This document shows, piece by piece, positions 27,221-36,475 of a stretch of DNA of 64,000 nucleotides. A program made the position numbers and the translations under genes. The stretch's first letter is position 1; each line of letters begins with the position of its first letter. The notes under the pieces were generated by a model. It was not told the DNA's origin and searched no databases. It saw only the letters and a list, made by a program, of their open reading frames with translations. This DNA is from a virus: positions 64,001-128,000 of IMG/VR virus record IMGVR_UViG_3300016665_000824; one strand, given 5' to 3'.

Positions 27221-28952
27221 AACTATGAAAGACCCACAACAGATCCAAAGACTCAACGCTCAGATCGAACCTAGCAACGTTGAAGCCGAACAAACGATCA
27301 TTGCGGGGGTTTTTGAAGGTGGAAGCCTTCTTAGCCTAGTCGCCGACGCAATCACACCTGAGATGTTTTTTTCGAGCCTTCTAGGGGCATTTTTTAGGGC
27401 ATCGTTGTTTTTGAGAAATAGCGATCGCGACATAAACACCCTAACCTTAGCCGCCGCGCTACAGGAGATGGGTTTTAAAGACTTTTACGGCTTTGACAGT
27501 ATCTCGGCGCTAGTCCACAACACCTATGCCGACATTATGGGCAGCACGTATATTCAAAGTCCAGCCCACTACGAATCTGCCGCCGCCCTAATCCGTGAAG
27601 CCTCCGTAAGGCGAGACCTGATTAAAGCTGGCAGAGCAGCGATCGCCGCAGCCTACGATCAAGAAATATCTGTGCTTGATGCCTGTACTAAAGCTCAAGA
27701 TTTGATTGGGGATGCTATGACATCATCTCAGGTTCGTAGTACCGTGTTTGAGGTTGGTACAACCTACACAAACATGTGTGCGGAACTTCTCGATCCTCAA
27801 ATTGGAGAGTTCAATCCCGTAATCCCCAGTGGTTATGCGGCGTGGGATGAAATGCTTGAAGGTGGTTTTCGGGGTGCTGAACTCGCGGTTATTGGTGGAG
27901 ACTCGGCGATCGGTAAGTCGATGCTCTTGTTTGGTGCGGCATGGAATATGGCGAAATTCCTTTCGGATCAAGGTAGGGTGGGTTATATCGGCTCGATGGA
28001 AATGTCCACTCGTAGCGTTGTGCATCGCTGGATTGCTTCCGAAGCGCAAGTGGCTTTATCTCGGATGCGTCGCCGAGAATTAAGCGAAGCCGATTGCGAA
28101 AGGATTATGAAGGCATCTAGCGCTGGCGAAATGTTGAATAACCTTGTAATTGACGAGGACAACAAGGCTACTATCCCCCAAATGCTTAACCGAGCCAAAG
28201 AATTTGCACGTAAACATGCTAGAAAATATGGCGGTAGCGGCGAGCTTGGCTTTATGGTTATCGACAACATCAAGATCGCCGAAAAAGGTGGTGACGATTT
28301 CAACTTGGTTAACCGATACCTCAAAGATCTCAAGGGGATTGCAAAGGATTACAACATCCCGATAATCTCTTTGTCTCAGCTAACTAGAGAATCCCTGTTA
28401 AAAAGTTCTGACAAACGCCCTACTGTTGAGGGGTTGTATGGCGGCAAAGCGATTGAAGAAAATGCTGACGACATTTTTGGCTTGTATCGAGGTGTTAAGT
28501 ACGACGATTTCTCTATCCCCACAAACCGAGCTGAGATTATTCGTCTGAAAGGTCGAAACTCAGACCAGTCAAAGGAAAATAGAACGATTTTGCTTGGCTT
28601 CAATGGCGCTCTTTCTACTTTTTACGACCTTGGCGAACCAAAACTAGCCCAAAAATCGGAGCAAAAACAAGCGATCGCCACACCAGTCACCGAAGACATT
28701 AACTACTTCGGCGATCTCGAAGATGGATGTCAAGTTGTTCTGGATATTTCCTACTCAACACCTGAAGAAAAATCGGAGATCAGCGATCGTATCAACGCAA
28801 AGCAGCTACCAAAGCCCAATGAAGTCTGTGGAGTAACCCGCCTAAGCGTTTGCGAAACTCCTGAAGTAGGTAAATTTGGGGTTGCCCACCTAATACTGCC
28901 CGACAACTCCGAAATGAAGGTTGCAGTAGACGAATTGCGCCGAGTCAGTTAG
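27213..28952 (+). CDS. dnaB: replicative DNA helicase, DnaB-like
   Basis: Walker A IGGDSAIGKS, Walker B-like FMVIDNIK, RecA-type core with N-terminal helical domain; C-terminal extension. Confidence 0.65.
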   Translation: MLKTMKDPQQIQRLNAQIEPSNVEAEQTIIAGVFEGGSLLSLVADAITPEMFFSSLLGAFFRASLFLRNSDRDINTLTLAAALQEMGFKDFYGFDSISALVHNTYADIMGSTYIQSPAHYESAAALIREASVRRDLIKAGRAAIAAAYDQEISVLDACTKAQDLIGDAMTSSQVRSTVFEVGTTYTNMCAELLDPQIGEFNPVIPSGYAAWDEMLEGGFRGAELAVIGGDSAIGKSMLLFGAAWNMAKFLSDQGRVGYIGSMEMSTRSVVHRWIASEAQVALSRMRRRELSEADCERIMKASSAGEMLNNLVIDEDNKATIPQMLNRAKEFARKHARKYGGSGELGFMVIDNIKIAEKGGDDFNLVNRYLKDLKGIAKDYNIPIISLSQLTRESLLKSSDKRPTVEGLYGGKAIEENADDIFGLYRGVKYDDFSIPTNRAEIIRLKGRNSDQSKENRTILLGFNGALSTFYDLGEPKLAQKSEQKQAIATPVTEDINYFGDLEDGCQVVLDISYSTPEEKSEISDRINAKQLPKPNEVCGVTRLSVCETPEVGKFGVAHLILPDNSEMKVAVDELRRVS

Positions 28953-28977
28953 TAAAAAGCCCACGAGACCCATTCTT

Positions 28978-29559
28978 GTGGGCAAAAACACACAAAATTA
29001 CAACAAAACTATGCAAGAAGAAATCTCACAACAGGAAATCGCTGCGATCGCAGCCGCAAAACTGAAAAGAATGCAGCGATCGCAACAACAAGAGCCGATA
29101 ACGAAGGTCGAGCCAAAAACTCCAAGTCCCGCACCAGCAAAACAGTCAAAATCAGCAACAAACAGCTACTGGAACAAACCTCAAAGCAGCATCGACATCG
29201 TGAAAAACCCCAAGCACGTTGCCGATATTTACACCATGACCCCGTGGATACCCCAGCCACAGGTAGATGATATCTGCGCGATCGCCGAAAGACCCTACGG
29301 CGACTGGATAGACCTCGAAGCGCAGCATATCGAAGGCAAGTGGGATAGGCAAAGATTCATTGAGTCAGCCTATAACTGGCCTTTCCGCGCCAAGATGCGA
29401 TGTGTTGAAATTTCTGAGGACGGACTGATGGCAACAGTATCCGTCTCAGGAGTCCGCAAACGATTACCACTAGTGTGTTTATGGGAGATGAATGAAATAG
29501 TTGACACTATGACTAATAGTGAGTATGATGAATCTTGGTTTCAGGTAAGACAATTATGA
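28978..29559 (+). CDS. hypothetical protein
   Basis: 193 aa ORF; 3-prime end lies in a duplicated junction segment. Confidence 0.4.
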   Translation: MGKNTQNYNKTMQEEISQQEIAAIAAAKLKRMQRSQQQEPITKVEPKTPSPAPAKQSKSATNSYWNKPQSSIDIVKNPKHVADIYTMTPWIPQPQVDDICAIAERPYGDWIDLEAQHIEGKWDRQRFIESAYNWPFRAKMRCVEISEDGLMATVSVSGVRKRLPLVCLWEMNEIVDTMTNSEYDESWFQVRQL

Positions 29560-29560
29560 C
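29501..29560 (+). repeat. ~60-bp junction segment, copy A
   Basis: About 80 percent identical to 29958-30016 by eye; both end in ...TTTCAGGTAA(G/A)ACAAT(T)ATGAC. Confidence 0.6.
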
Positions 29561-29870
29561 AAAGACTTTAATCTGTAGAGAGATTAAGTGCCTGTATTTC
29601 GACGTTTCAGACCCAATGAGTTCTGGTTGTAAATTCTACGAAAGCGCTCGTCAATGTCACCTACTGTCTGGGATGCTTTCTACTGAAAAGACAGCACTGG
29701 CGACTGACTACGAAATAATTGCTGAAGATTTGTATACGGCTGAAGACCTGATCAGGGTTGAAAACGATTTTTACATTAAATGTTCTGAAAAGTATTTACG
29801 CGATTGTGAGCTTCAGGGGCTTACACCTGAACCCGTAAGAGAAAATGTTCGAGCATGGTTTCGTAGATGA
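29556..29870 (+). CDS. Cys-containing hypothetical protein (ATG at 29556; track start 29535 is TTG)
   Basis: ATG overlaps upstream stop; flanked by two copies of a ~60-bp junction segment. Confidence 0.4.
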   Translation: MTKTLICREIKCLYFDVSDPMSSGCKFYESARQCHLLSGMLSTEKTALATDYEIIAEDLYTAEDLIRVENDFYIKCSEKYLRDCELQGLTPEPVRENVRAWFRR

Positions 29871-29957
29871 CTCCAGCAACTAAAGCAAGATTCACAAATA
29901 GGCGATCGCCTTCTCTGCCTCGTTTTTTAACATTTTGTGGCAGTTAAAAGAAAATGT

Positions 29958-30016
29958 TTGACAGTATGCCTAGTAGTGTGTATGATGGTATTTAGTTTCA
30001 GGTAAAACAATATGAC
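29958..30016 (+). repeat. ~60-bp junction segment, copy B (upstream region of gene 30012)
   Basis: See copy A. Confidence 0.6.
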
Positions 30017-30530
30017 GAATAGCTTGGCTGTGACCTACCAATCGCTCCCACAGAAAGAACAGCTTGAGATACTAGCAGGAGTATCACACCTTATGATAAA
30101 GGTAATGGCAGGTAAAATCCCAACAACAGAAGAGATGGACTTGGCTTCAAAAGCCCAGACCCATCCAAGCCTATTTTTAAAATGCTTCTCTGCCGAACTT
30201 ATGGGAGAGGAGTGGAGACCAAAGCTATTGCCTCAAGGCGGAGAAGGGTATATTATTCGCTGGAAATCCGATGAATACGAAGAGGTAGAGACCGACTCCT
30301 ATCCCTTTAAAAAGAGGGTTTACAAAGAAGAGGGCAATGGACTTGAAATCCAAAGCTACGAGCAGGCGATCGCCAATTGTGAATTTCTAAATAAGCAATA
30401 CCCAGAGAGGACTTACTGGCACTTCTGGGTAAACCAAGACATCCTCAACAACGCAGAAAGCGAGGGTCTTCAACTCATAGACACTGTTGCTCAGCATCTC
30501 TTTGAGGCTCTATCACAGGCTCATGGTTAG
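30012..30530 (+). CDS. hypothetical protein
   Basis: 172 aa ORF. Confidence 0.45.
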   Translation: MTNSLAVTYQSLPQKEQLEILAGVSHLMIKVMAGKIPTTEEMDLASKAQTHPSLFLKCFSAELMGEEWRPKLLPQGGEGYIIRWKSDEYEEVETDSYPFKKRVYKEEGNGLEIQSYEQAIANCEFLNKQYPERTYWHFWVNQDILNNAESEGLQLIDTVAQHLFEALSQAHG

Positions 30531-30533
30531 TTT

Positions 30534-30824
30534 ATGACCCCAGAAACTAGAGCGCGATTCAAAGAATGGGCGATCGCCTACTGGAAGAAAAATCCAAAGT
30601 TACTGAAGCCACCCGATGACTTTCTCACGCAAGGACAGCAGTTGGCGATCGCTATCTACCATGCCATTCCCGCCGATGGGAAGTTTATTAAAGCTGATGC
30701 GATCGCTACTAAGCTCAAACGCAAAACCAGACAAATAGAAGAGATTCTGGGGCTAATCAAAGAGCCGTGGCATCTCAAGTCAAGTAAAAACAACAAGGAA
30801 GGAGGATATACGAGAAATGAGTGA
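30534..30824 (+). CDS. hypothetical protein
   Basis: 96 aa ORF. Confidence 0.4.
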   Translation: MTPETRARFKEWAIAYWKKNPKLLKPPDDFLTQGQQLAIAIYHAIPADGKFIKADAIATKLKRKTRQIEEILGLIKEPWHLKSSKNNKEGGYTRNE

Positions 30825-31089
30825 CACAGTTGGTTTGATTTTTGGTAAGGAAGATAGCAGGACAGAGCAGGAAATCTCTGAGCTTGCGGAGGTCGTAAAA
30901 GCGGCTGGAATTAAGAGAAACCCTGCCATGTTTGCAAGATTTATTTACACACTCGACAAGACAAAAACCTGTCACCCGTCGATTGACCGTGAAGCCTTTC
31001 TGCTAACACTTCAAGAAGTATGGGAAGAGAAGGGACTCCAAGGACTTTCTCTCGCTGAAGAAATATATCAAAGAGGTTTTACAAGATGA
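30817..31089 (+). CDS. hypothetical protein
   Basis: 90 aa ORF, overlapping starts/stops. Confidence 0.4.
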   Translation: MSDTVGLIFGKEDSRTEQEISELAEVVKAAGIKRNPAMFARFIYTLDKTKTCHPSIDREAFLLTLQEVWEEKGLQGLSLAEEIYQRGFTR

Positions 31090-31823
31090 TTGAAAGGCAA
31101 GTTAAACTGCTGGTTCTAGACAAAGACGGTACACTCGTTCGCCCCAAATCTGGCAATACCTTCGTCCAGCACCCCGAAGATCAGGAGCTAATCGAAGGAG
31201 TGGCTGAAGCTATTCAGAGGTATGTTGCTGATGGATGGCAGTTGGCGATCGCGTCAAATCAGGGTGGATGCGAAGTGCGATGGTGTCACCCCGCCGAATT
31301 ACCTGTAGGTAGTTACTGCAATGTAGATAACATTGCCATCAAGGTTGAATACCTTCAAGACACTGGTGAGTTTATACTCGTAAATGGGCATCACCCACTA
31401 CCAAAAACTAGGTTTGCGAAGTTCCAATACAAGACTCTCGGCATAGCGATCGCAGAGATGCAGTATGCGATGAAGCTGATCGGCATTCAGTATCATGGTC
31501 TATTCTGTCCAGACATGCAAGGGAATGAATGCTACATGACTTCGGACTTTGCTGCTCCGCCATTACACAAGGTTGATAGATACAAACACTTAATAGGCTC
31601 GTTCCGTAAGCCCAGTGGTGGAATGTTGCTAGCATTAAAGCAGCACTTTGAAACACATCTTGATGATGTTGATCGGCTGCTCATGATCGGCGATCGTCCC
31701 GAAGATTTGGGATCGGCTCAAGCCGCAGGATTCGATTTTGTGTGGGCAGAAGACTGGCGAAATAACGAACTAGACAAAGTTCTGCCCTACAGGAGCGAAG
31801 AATGGATCGCTCTGAACTCCTAA
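31086..31823 (+). CDS. HAD-superfamily phosphatase
   Basis: N-terminal VLDKDGTL (DxDGT motif I) and C-terminal MIGDRPEDLGSAQAAG (motif IV-like). Confidence 0.5.
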   Translation: MIERQVKLLVLDKDGTLVRPKSGNTFVQHPEDQELIEGVAEAIQRYVADGWQLAIASNQGGCEVRWCHPAELPVGSYCNVDNIAIKVEYLQDTGEFILVNGHHPLPKTRFAKFQYKTLGIAIAEMQYAMKLIGIQYHGLFCPDMQGNECYMTSDFAAPPLHKVDRYKHLIGSFRKPSGGMLLALKQHFETHLDDVDRLLMIGDRPEDLGSAQAAGFDFVWAEDWRNNELDKVLPYRSEEWIALNS

Positions 31824-32101
31824 CTCGCATCCAAGTCCAGCGAATGTGGCTAGAGGACATCCGTGGCAAGTCTCTAGCTCCTCAGTTGGAGATTTGGAAG
31901 AACAAATACCTTGCCGCAAATAATCTCACGCATCTGGATGCTCAGGGGCTGGAGCAACTGCTTAAGGCTCTTGAGTCTATGACTAAGGCTACGGTGAGTA
32001 ACGCCGAGGAATTGGATAGTCAGATGCGCGAGAGGATTAAGAGTGGCGACTACTCGATTCGATTTGTTGAAAAGATTGTTGAAGATGATGAATATTTTTA
32101 G
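31802..32101 (+). CDS. hypothetical protein
   Basis: 99 aa; 3-prime end encoded by junction repeat R1. Confidence 0.4.
   Translation: MDRSELLTRIQVQRMWLEDIRGKSLAPQLEIWKNKYLAANNLTHLDAQGLEQLLKALESMTKATVSNAEELDSQMRERIKSGDYSIRFVEKIVEDDEYF
32074..32100 (+). repeat. junction repeat R1 (GATTGTTGAAGATGATGAATATTTTTA), copy a
   Basis: Identical 27-mer at 32619-32645; both followed by a purine-rich RBS-like GGAGG/AGAGG. Confidence 0.75.
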
Positions 32102-32120
32102 GAGGAGGTAAACCCCAACC

Positions 32121-32336
32121 ATGCGAAACGCCTACTTAACACTTTTTGTGATCAACACCCGTTCAGGACTCGCAGTTAATTATTCAATCAATACCGCAGC
32201 CGACCAGAAGGAGGCTAGAGCCGATGCTCTACTACTCATCGATGAGAGATATCGAGGTCAAAATATTCAGGTTCTAGAAACATCTATTATTCCAAACGAA
32301 GTTATCGATCAGGTTTATGAGTCTCGACACGAGTAA
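32121..32336 (+). CDS. hypothetical small protein
   Basis: 71 aa; GGAGGAGG RBS upstream. Confidence 0.4.
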   Translation: MRNAYLTLFVINTRSGLAVNYSINTAADQKEARADALLLIDERYRGQNIQVLETSIIPNEVIDQVYESRHE

Positions 32337-32340
32337 ACTC

Positions 32341-32384
32341 GATCGCCACTTTTTCAGATCTGAATTACCACAAAAGCACAATGA
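32341..32384 (+). repeat. junction repeat R2 (...AGATCTGAATTACCACAAAAGCACAATGA), copy a
   Basis: 29-bp identical core at 32356-32384 and 33097-33125, flanked by near-identical GATCGNCNCTTTTT. Confidence 0.75.
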
Positions 32385-32614
32385 TTTTAGAGGCCTATTA
32401 TGAAACGTGGGTATCTCGCCCCATTCAAAAGAGAGCTAAAGGTCGAGCCACCTATAGTAAGCCGCAGTGGGAGCATACCTCAGACACAGAAGAAGAGGCG
32501 ATCGCTCACAACAAGATGCTTTCGGCTTACTACCCCGACTGGAAGATTGAAATCAGGGCTGTCGAACAAAAACGAGAATACTGGGATGTCAAGACTGCGG
32601 CAGTTCGAGATTAA
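32381..32614 (+). CDS. hypothetical small protein
   Basis: 77 aa; ATG supplied by junction repeat R2; alternative frame 32400..32627 also open. Confidence 0.35.
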   Translation: MILEAYYETWVSRPIQKRAKGRATYSKPQWEHTSDTEEEAIAHNKMLSAYYPDWKIEIRAVEQKREYWDVKTAAVRD

Positions 32615-32618
32615 AGAA

Positions 32619-32645
32619 GATTGTTGAAGATGATGAATATTTTTA
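32619..32645 (+). repeat. junction repeat R1, copy b
   Basis: See copy a. Confidence 0.75.
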
Positions 32646-32655
32646 AGAGGTTAAT

Positions 32656-33147
32656 ATGGCAAGTGTCAAGCATTATTTAAGTTGCCCAGCTAAGCCCTAC
32701 GAAGAAGGGATACCCTTATACTCCGATCGCCTGAGAGAATGGTTTCACGATATCGGTGATGTCTGGGAATACTACGAAGATCAGATCGGAGAAGATGAGG
32801 ATATTGATCTTGAATGGGCGGAAGCCAAGCAATCGCCTCAAGGTATTTGTGAAATGGCTCGTCTTTTCTTAGGTAGACCAGTTTATTTGCCGTGGGCTGA
32901 GATTCCTGAATTTGATCTACCTGATGGTGTTGACGATATCTCGGAAATACTGCCGCCAAGCCACGAGATCAACATAAAACTTGCCGAGTTAAACAAGCTT
33001 ATCGAAGAAACAAAGCTGGTTGTTTGCTACGAGGAGTCTAGCTACCGCCCAGATCCAGAAACCTTGGACTTTAAGTGCGCGATCGTCGCTTTTTTTAGAT
33101 CTGAATTACCACAAAAGCACAATGAAAGCTCGACAGTTCGAGATTAA
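32656..33147 (+). CDS. hypothetical acidic protein
   Basis: 163 aa; C-terminal codons lie in second copy of repeat R2. Confidence 0.4.
   Translation: MASVKHYLSCPAKPYEEGIPLYSDRLREWFHDIGDVWEYYEDQIGEDEDIDLEWAEAKQSPQGICEMARLFLGRPVYLPWAEIPEFDLPDGVDDISEILPPSHEINIKLAELNKLIEETKLVVCYEESSYRPDPETLDFKCAIVAFFRSELPQKHNESSTVRD
33081..33125 (+). repeat. junction repeat R2, copy b
   Basis: See copy a; supplies C-terminal codons of gene 32656..33147 and the ATG of gene 33122..33376. Confidence 0.75.
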
Positions 33148-33376
33148 ATTTAGAAACCATCCAGAGTGCGATCGCCTAGTCGAAGCCACCAGTCATGCCA
33201 AAGCCAAGATGAAGCTCGCCTACGAGTTGGTTGAGGCGGGAGTATTTAATACTTTTGGAGAGGCTTTACTGGCGATCGCCACCTGCCGAGTCTTACAGCC
33301 AATGAAGCGAGGGAAACCCGAAGGGTGGTATCGGGTGAACCCTAAACGAAAAACAACAAGGAACAAAAAGCAGTGA
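33122..33376 (+). CDS. hypothetical small basic protein
   Basis: Internal ATG at 33122 (supplied by R2 copy) inside track ORF 33020..33376. Confidence 0.35.
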   Translation: MKARQFEIKFRNHPECDRLVEATSHAKAKMKLAYELVEAGVFNTFGEALLAIATCRVLQPMKRGKPEGWYRVNPKRKTTRNKKQ

Positions 33377-33939
33377 TTGACAAAACAAGATTAGAAATAG
33401 CGAACAAGGTCTTAGCAGTACTCAGTGAGTCTTATCGTAAGACTGAGTTTGTAGTTAGCGATCGCAACCGACTTTACCTGAACTGGTTCGATTATTACGG
33501 CAAGGCATATAGTCGTCCTTGGGCAACAAGATGTGGCTCGGCGTATCCAAGCTGGAGCGACAAACTGTCTTGCGGCGGCACGATGATGACGGCGATCGCG
33601 CAGTTGGCTTTATGGGTTCGCGGATTGCCTTGCTACCCCATTCAGACTTGGGAGTATTGGTGCGGAGAGACGGTTGGAATGAGAGGTGGGGAGAAAATTC
33701 TTCCACTCTTAAGGGACAGTGGCTGTTATCCCGATGGACTTAGTTGTGCTTTTTGTGGGGCTAGGGATGTCGAGAGGGATTGGTATTGGTTCTCGCCTCA
33801 CCCTAAGCACTCTGGGTTTGGATGCCAGCGCCCAGAATGCCAGCCAATTATAGATCTTAGGAATAGTTTGGACGTAAAACAACAAAATCGCGTCAAAAGA
33901 ATTTTATCCTCGCAACGTATCCCTGCTTCCGTAAAATAG
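33373..33939 (+). CDS. Cys/Trp-rich hypothetical protein (possible metal-binding)
   Basis: 188 aa with 12 Cys and many Trp/Tyr. Confidence 0.4.
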   Translation: MIDKTRLEIANKVLAVLSESYRKTEFVVSDRNRLYLNWFDYYGKAYSRPWATRCGSAYPSWSDKLSCGGTMMTAIAQLALWVRGLPCYPIQTWEYWCGETVGMRGGEKILPLLRDSGCYPDGLSCAFCGARDVERDWYWFSPHPKHSGFGCQRPECQPIIDLRNSLDVKQQNRVKRILSSQRIPASVK

Positions 33940-34086
33940 TTTGATCGGTAACGTAAATTTGTGGCAATATTAACAGAAGCGTTTCAAGAACAATGAACAA
34001 ACTAATTGCCTATCTGGTAAACAAAATCGAATCTGCTTACCACACTGCAAGATTCCTGCTATCTATACTTAAATTGGAGTTTCCCC

Positions 34087-34401
34087 ATGCTAGACCCCAT
34101 AGAGCTACAGGTCAGTATTTTCGAGATGGAGTTCACGCAGGCGATCGCGCACCAATCCCTCCCAGAAGCAAGAAAGGCAGTAGCCGATTATTTGCAGCTA
34201 CTGGAGCACAAGAAGGACTCGACAATCAGGCTGAGACCCCAAGTGACATCCTTGGTTTCTGGGCTGGAGACCCTCTCGATAGATTTACTAATTCAATCAA
34301 CCGAAAGTCGGGAGGAACTCAAGGCGATCGCGGTAAGGATTTGCAGGATGTTGCTGAAACTAAACACGCTGCTCAAGGAAGCGGTGAGCGGGATCTGCTA
34401 A
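34087..34401 (+). CDS. hypothetical protein
   Basis: 104 aa ORF with protein-like composition; overlapping track ORF 33993..34631 looks out-of-frame in its middle. Confidence 0.3.
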   Translation: MLDPIELQVSIFEMEFTQAIAHQSLPEARKAVADYLQLLEHKKDSTIRLRPQVTSLVSGLETLSIDLLIQSTESREELKAIAVRICRMLLKLNTLLKEAVSGIC

Positions 34402-34627
34402 CCCAGCAGGACATTATCCTAGACAAGATGCGTCGGAAGCAATCGGAATTTGAAGACTACTACGTTTTTAGCACTCACGACATAGTGACCCTATGTGAGG
34501 ACAGTCATCTGGACTGGGACTTGGCTTTTGACCAGCTAATAGCTTTAAACAAGAGGAATCTAGTTGCTATAAATCCGACATATTGCGATCGCACAGGCAA
34601 ATTTATCGGATTGTTGTGGGGTTTAAA

Positions 34628-35572
34628 ATGAGTAAAACCGTAGCCACGATGTATTCTGGCTTTGGCGGAGTTGATCAGGGTTTCGTTTTGGCAGGGTATA
34701 CGCCAGTCTTTGCGATCGATAACAATCCTGATGCAGTAGCGGTTTATATCGAGAATTTTGGCAACCACTGTCTAGAGAAGGACGTTTGTGAGTTTGATTA
34801 TTCAAGAGTTAAAGCAGATCACCTCCATGCTTCTCCAAGCTGCAAAGAGTTTAGTAGCGCCAATCACCGTAGTAGCGAAACCGATCTCGATATTCGATGC
34901 GCCCAAGCTACGGTTAAGGCGATCGCACAGATAAACCCTCAAACATTTTCCCTCGAAAATGTAAAGCAGTACGCTAAGTCTAAGTCTTTTGATTTGATTA
35001 GGCGATCGCTACGAGAAATGGGCTACGCCTGCAACGTAACCGTAGTCAACGCGAAGGATTTCGGTGTATCCCAATCACGAGAAAGGCTAATTCTTCGAGC
35101 ATGGGTTAAATCCCGCAAACGCCCTAGACCTTTGGCGTTGTACAAACAGTGTTTAACAATGGGGTGGCATGACGCGATCGCCGATTTAATCCCCACTCTC
35201 AAACCACAACCATTGAATAATTGGCAGCTAGCCTCTCTTGAGGAGCAGGGTATAGACCCCACCAACCTAACTGCACTGGTTAGCAAAGATGGGTCTCGCA
35301 AGAAAAAAGGCTTTAAAAATACTTTTGCCTTGGTAATCCCCTCGTCCAAGCCTTGCCCAACCCTCAAGGCAATGGGGCATAATCAGCACTGTCAGCAGTA
35401 TTCGATTGTGGTTAACGGTGTTGGTTATCGGATTTCTACCGAGGCGATCGCGAGACTAATGAGCTTTCCCGACTCATTCAAATTCTCAGGAGTGAATTAT
35501 AAAGACTGTATGGGTTTAGGTAATGCAGTACCGCCATTATTGGTAAGAGCGATCGCGGAAAGTTTTGCTTAA
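34628..35572 (+). CDS. DNA (cytosine-5)-methyltransferase
   Basis: Motif I-like MYSGFGG, catalytic PSCKEFSSAN (Pro-Cys), ENV motif; start at internal ATG 34628. Confidence 0.65.
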   Translation: MSKTVATMYSGFGGVDQGFVLAGYTPVFAIDNNPDAVAVYIENFGNHCLEKDVCEFDYSRVKADHLHASPSCKEFSSANHRSSETDLDIRCAQATVKAIAQINPQTFSLENVKQYAKSKSFDLIRRSLREMGYACNVTVVNAKDFGVSQSRERLILRAWVKSRKRPRPLALYKQCLTMGWHDAIADLIPTLKPQPLNNWQLASLEEQGIDPTNLTALVSKDGSRKKKGFKNTFALVIPSSKPCPTLKAMGHNQHCQQYSIVVNGVGYRISTEAIARLMSFPDSFKFSGVNYKDCMGLGNAVPPLLVRAIAESFA

Positions 35573-35605
35573 AAATCCATAAAACTACCACAAAATCGAG
35601 TTATC

Positions 35606-35875
35606 ATGAAGGAATCTGATTTAGACAATGCGATCACGCAGGCAGAACAGTTTTTAATTCTCGCAAAAGAGCTAAAAGCTGGCTTTCAAGCTCAGAAGAA
35701 GGTGATCGCCGAGGCAGAAGCCGAGGTGATTCGCGAAAATCTATCTGAGACATACGCGGAAAATAAAATCTTTTTCGCCCGTTACAACAACAAGATGGAG
35801 GGAACGAGACTAATGGGTGCAGTAAAGCATTCCTGTGTTACCCTCTCCCTCTTTTTAGCAAAGCTGAGGAAATAA
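35606..35875 (+). CDS. hypothetical protein
   Basis: 89 aa ORF. Confidence 0.4.
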   Translation: MKESDLDNAITQAEQFLILAKELKAGFQAQKKVIAEAEAEVIRENLSETYAENKIFFARYNNKMEGTRLMGAVKHSCVTLSLFLAKLRK

Positions 35876-36117
35876 TGACCCAGTATATACAGACCGAATT
35901 CTGCCTTGATTTAAGGCAAGGTGATACCGAATCACTGCCTACATGGATGAAAAGCGTAGGCGATCGCCCACCGATTCTCCCTTTAAAACCACTCTCAATT
36001 CAATTGCCACTATTCGATACAACACCCTATGCCTCAACCCAAGCTCCTGCTAAAACCAAAACCGCCAGAGGCGATCGCTATAAGCAAGTTGCTATTTCGA
36101 CCCCGCAACACCTCTAG
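35875..36117 (+). CDS. hypothetical protein
   Basis: 80 aa ORF. Confidence 0.3.
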   Translation: MTQYIQTEFCLDLRQGDTESLPTWMKSVGDRPPILPLKPLSIQLPLFDTTPYASTQAPAKTKTARGDRYKQVAISTPQHL

Positions 36118-36475
36118 CCCCAACCAGTCCCGCAGATTGATGTCTGATGGTCTGGTTGCTCACTATCCCGTACACGCCGAAGCAAGCTTGGTAATTACTG
36201 AATATACCTCCGAGATACTTCAGGAGCACCAGTCTTGCTTGGGTAAGGGTATTGATCACTTCGCGATCGCTATCTACTGGGGTAACAAAATCCGTATTGA
36301 GGCTAAACCCCTTGAGTGATTGCGCTGGCTACAGGATTCTAATTGGCGTACTGCTTTTTGGAAAGAGTTAGGCGATCGGGCGGAGAGCTATAACCCCACC
36401 ACCCATCTCAATATCGGGTACATCTCTGGAGATGGGTTGGGATGCACAAAATTACAGGCGATTTTGGAGGTGTGA

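Noticed and set aside
33993-34631. Track ORF 33993..34631 as a single 212-aa gene
   Set aside because: Its central segment has composition typical of an out-of-frame read while an alternative frame (34087..34401) looks protein-like.
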